Notes under the pieces: model-generated
The model's database searches: none
What the model saw: only the letters and a program-made list of their open reading frames with translations
Told to the model about the DNA's origin: nothing
Part shown: positions 14,428 to 15,749 of the stretch, piece by piece
Numbering within the stretch: the first letter of the stretch is position 1
Layout of the letters: each line of letters opens with the position of its first letter
Translations under genes and position numbers: made by a program
Source of the DNA: a virus
Direction: 5' to 3' (one strand)
Virus genome (UHGV): UHGV-0120055
Length of the DNA: 15,749 nt

Positions 14428-15477
14428 ATGAAAAACACTGTGAAAATAAACAGTGTTGATTTAATCAACGCTGATTGCCTGCATTTTATTCAGTCCCTGC
14501 CTGATGATTCCATTGACCTGATTGTTACCGATCCGCCGTACTTCAAGGTGAAACCCAACGGCTGGGACAATCAGTGGAAAGGGGACGAAGATTACCTTAA
14601 GTGGCTGGACCACTGTCTGGCGCAGTTCTGGCGGGTGTTAAAACCTGCAGGAAGCCTTTACCTGTTCTGTGGACATCGCCTGGCATCTGATATCGAAATC
14701 ATGATGCGTGAACGCTTCAGTGTGCTGAACCATATTATCTGGGCGAAGCCGTCCGGACGCTGGAACGGATGCAACAAGGAAAGCCTGCGGGCGTATTTCC
14801 CCGCCACAGAGCGCATTCTGTTCGCGGAACATTATCAGGGGCCGTATCGTCCGAAAGATGCCGGGTATGAGGCGAAGGGCAGGGAACTGAAACAGCATGT
14901 GATGACCCCGCTGATTGCTTACTTTCGTGATGCGCGCGCTGCCCTGGGGATAACGGCAAAACAGATTGCAGATGCCACAGGAAAGAAAAACATGGTGTCG
15001 CACTGGTTCAGTGCCAGTCAGTGGCAGTTGCCGAACGAAAGCGATTATCTGAAATTACAGGCGCTGTTTGCCCGGGTGGCAGAAGAGAAGCATCAGCGCG
15101 GTGAACTGGAAAAGCCCCACCACCAGCTGCTGAAGACGTATACTTCACTGAACCGGCAGTATGCGGAACTGCAGAGTGAATATAAGCATCTGCGGCGGTA
15201 TTTTGGCGTGACGGCGCAGGTGCCGTACACGGATGTGTGGACACATAAACCGGTGCAGTTCTATCCCGGGAAACATCCGTGCGAAAAACCGGCAGAAATG
15301 CTGCAGCAGATAATCAGCGCGAGCAGTCGTCCTGGTGACATGGTGGCGGATTTCTTCATGGGTTCTGGCTCAACCATAAAGGCGGCTATGGCGCTTGGGC
15401 GTCGTGCAATTGGTGTTGAGCTGGAGACCGGACGTTTTGAGCAGACAGTCAGGGAAGTTCAGGATTTAATCGTTTGA
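14428..15477 (+). CDS. DNA methyltransferase, beta-class N6-adenine/N4-cytosine (N6_N4_Mtase-like)
   Basis: Motif IV DPPY near the N-terminus (LIVTDPPYF) and motif I FxGxG near the C-terminus (DFFMGSGST), i.e. beta-class order; no adjacent restriction-endonuclease-like ORF in the window. Confidence 0.8.
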   Translation: MKNTVKINSVDLINADCLHFIQSLPDDSIDLIVTDPPYFKVKPNGWDNQWKGDEDYLKWLDHCLAQFWRVLKPAGSLYLFCGHRLASDIEIMMRERFSVLNHIIWAKPSGRWNGCNKESLRAYFPATERILFAEHYQGPYRPKDAGYEAKGRELKQHVMTPLIAYFRDARAALGITAKQIADATGKKNMVSHWFSASQWQLPNESDYLKLQALFARVAEEKHQRGELEKPHHQLLKTYTSLNRQYAELQSEYKHLRRYFGVTAQVPYTDVWTHKPVQFYPGKHPCEKPAEMLQQIISASSRPGDMVADFFMGSGSTIKAAMALGRRAIGVELETGRFEQTVREVQDLIV

Positions 15478-15526
15478 AACGGATGAGATTGCAGAATTAA
15501 TTACGCACCATTATTATTCTGCTCCC

Positions 15527-15602
15527 GGCCCTTTAGCTCAGTGGTGAGAGCGAGCGACTCATAATCGCCAGGTCGCTGGTTCAAATCCAGCAAGGGCCAC
15601 CA
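15527..15602 (+). tRNA. tRNA-Met or tRNA-Ile2 (anticodon CAU)
   Basis: Hand-folded cloverleaf: acceptor GGCCCTT/AAGGGCC, D-stem GCTC/GAGC, anticodon loop CTCATAA, T-stem GCTGG/CCAGC with T-loop TTCAAAT, discriminator A and encoded CCA. Met versus lysidine-modified Ile cannot be distinguished by eye. Confidence 0.85.
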
Positions 15603-15609
15603 TCACATA

Positions 15610-15686
15610 CCGCCATTAGCTCATCAGGACAGAGCGCCAGCCTTCGAAGCTGGTTGCGCGGGGGGCGGGTCCCCGATGGCGGTCCA
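15610..15686 (+). tRNA. tRNA-Arg (anticodon UCG) with atypical T-loop
   Basis: Acceptor CCGCCAT/ATGGCGG, D-stem GCTC/GAGC, anticodon stem CCAGC/GCTGG with loop CTTCGAA, T-stem CGGGG/CCCCG, encoded CCA. The T-loop is GGCGGGT, lacking the canonical T54/Psi55/A58 positions. Confidence 0.6.
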
Positions 15687-15699
15687 TTATCGGTATTCA

Positions 15700-15749
15700 G
15701 CGTTGTTAGCTCAGCCGGACAGAGCAATTGCCTTCTAAGCAATCGGTCA
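15700..15749 (+). tRNA. tRNA-Arg (anticodon UCU), 3' part truncated by window end
   Basis: Acceptor 5' arm GCGTTGT, TA, D-stem GCTC/GAGC, anticodon stem ATTGC/GCAAT with loop CTTCTAA; the sequence ends in the variable region. Confidence 0.6.

Noticed and set aside
1-15749. CRISPR arrays, rRNA genes, insertion sequences or integrase/attachment sites
   Set aside because: No regularly spaced direct repeats with unique spacers, no rRNA-like sequence, and no transposase- or integrase-like ORF were seen. The only repeat array is the iteron set at 8709-8834, which is explained as a replication origin.

Overview
This window reads as the immunity, early and Q regions of a lambdoid (lambda/P22/Qin-like) enterobacterial prophage. 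All family assignments are from reading the translated ORFs and the nucleotide sequence by eye; no database search, RNA folding or tRNA-scanning program was run. From left to right: (1) a leftward early operon on the minus strand (78-4720) of tightly coupled small genes (DEDDh exonuclease, DUF551-like, Ea22-like, zinc-ribbon protein, HD-domain hydrolase, YfdQ-like, YfdP-like); (2) a roughly 590-nt apparently non-coding leader (4721-5310) with strong inverted repeats and a boxA-like motif; (3) an OL/pL-like operator pair, then a CI-type repressor with an S24 autopeptidase domain (5423-6115, minus), then an OR region with divergent promoters; (4) a rightward early operon: Cro-like, CII-like, Rha-domain protein, an O-like replication initiator with internal iterons, a putative regulator, a phage Dam-type methyltransferase, a LexA DNA-binding-domain-only protein, RusA, a KilA-N protein, a DUF968 protein and a Q antiterminator; (5) a candidate pR' promoter and strong tR'-like terminator, a small ORF, a beta-class DNA methyltransferase, and a tRNA cluster (CAU, UCG, UCU anticodons) cut by the window end. 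No CRISPR array, rRNA or transposase was seen. The points most worth a second look are the structured pL leader with no recognisable N gene, the standalone LexA-DBD protein, the frame ambiguity around a G6 tract at 7151-7156, and a tRNA-Arg(UCG) with a non-canonical T-loop.
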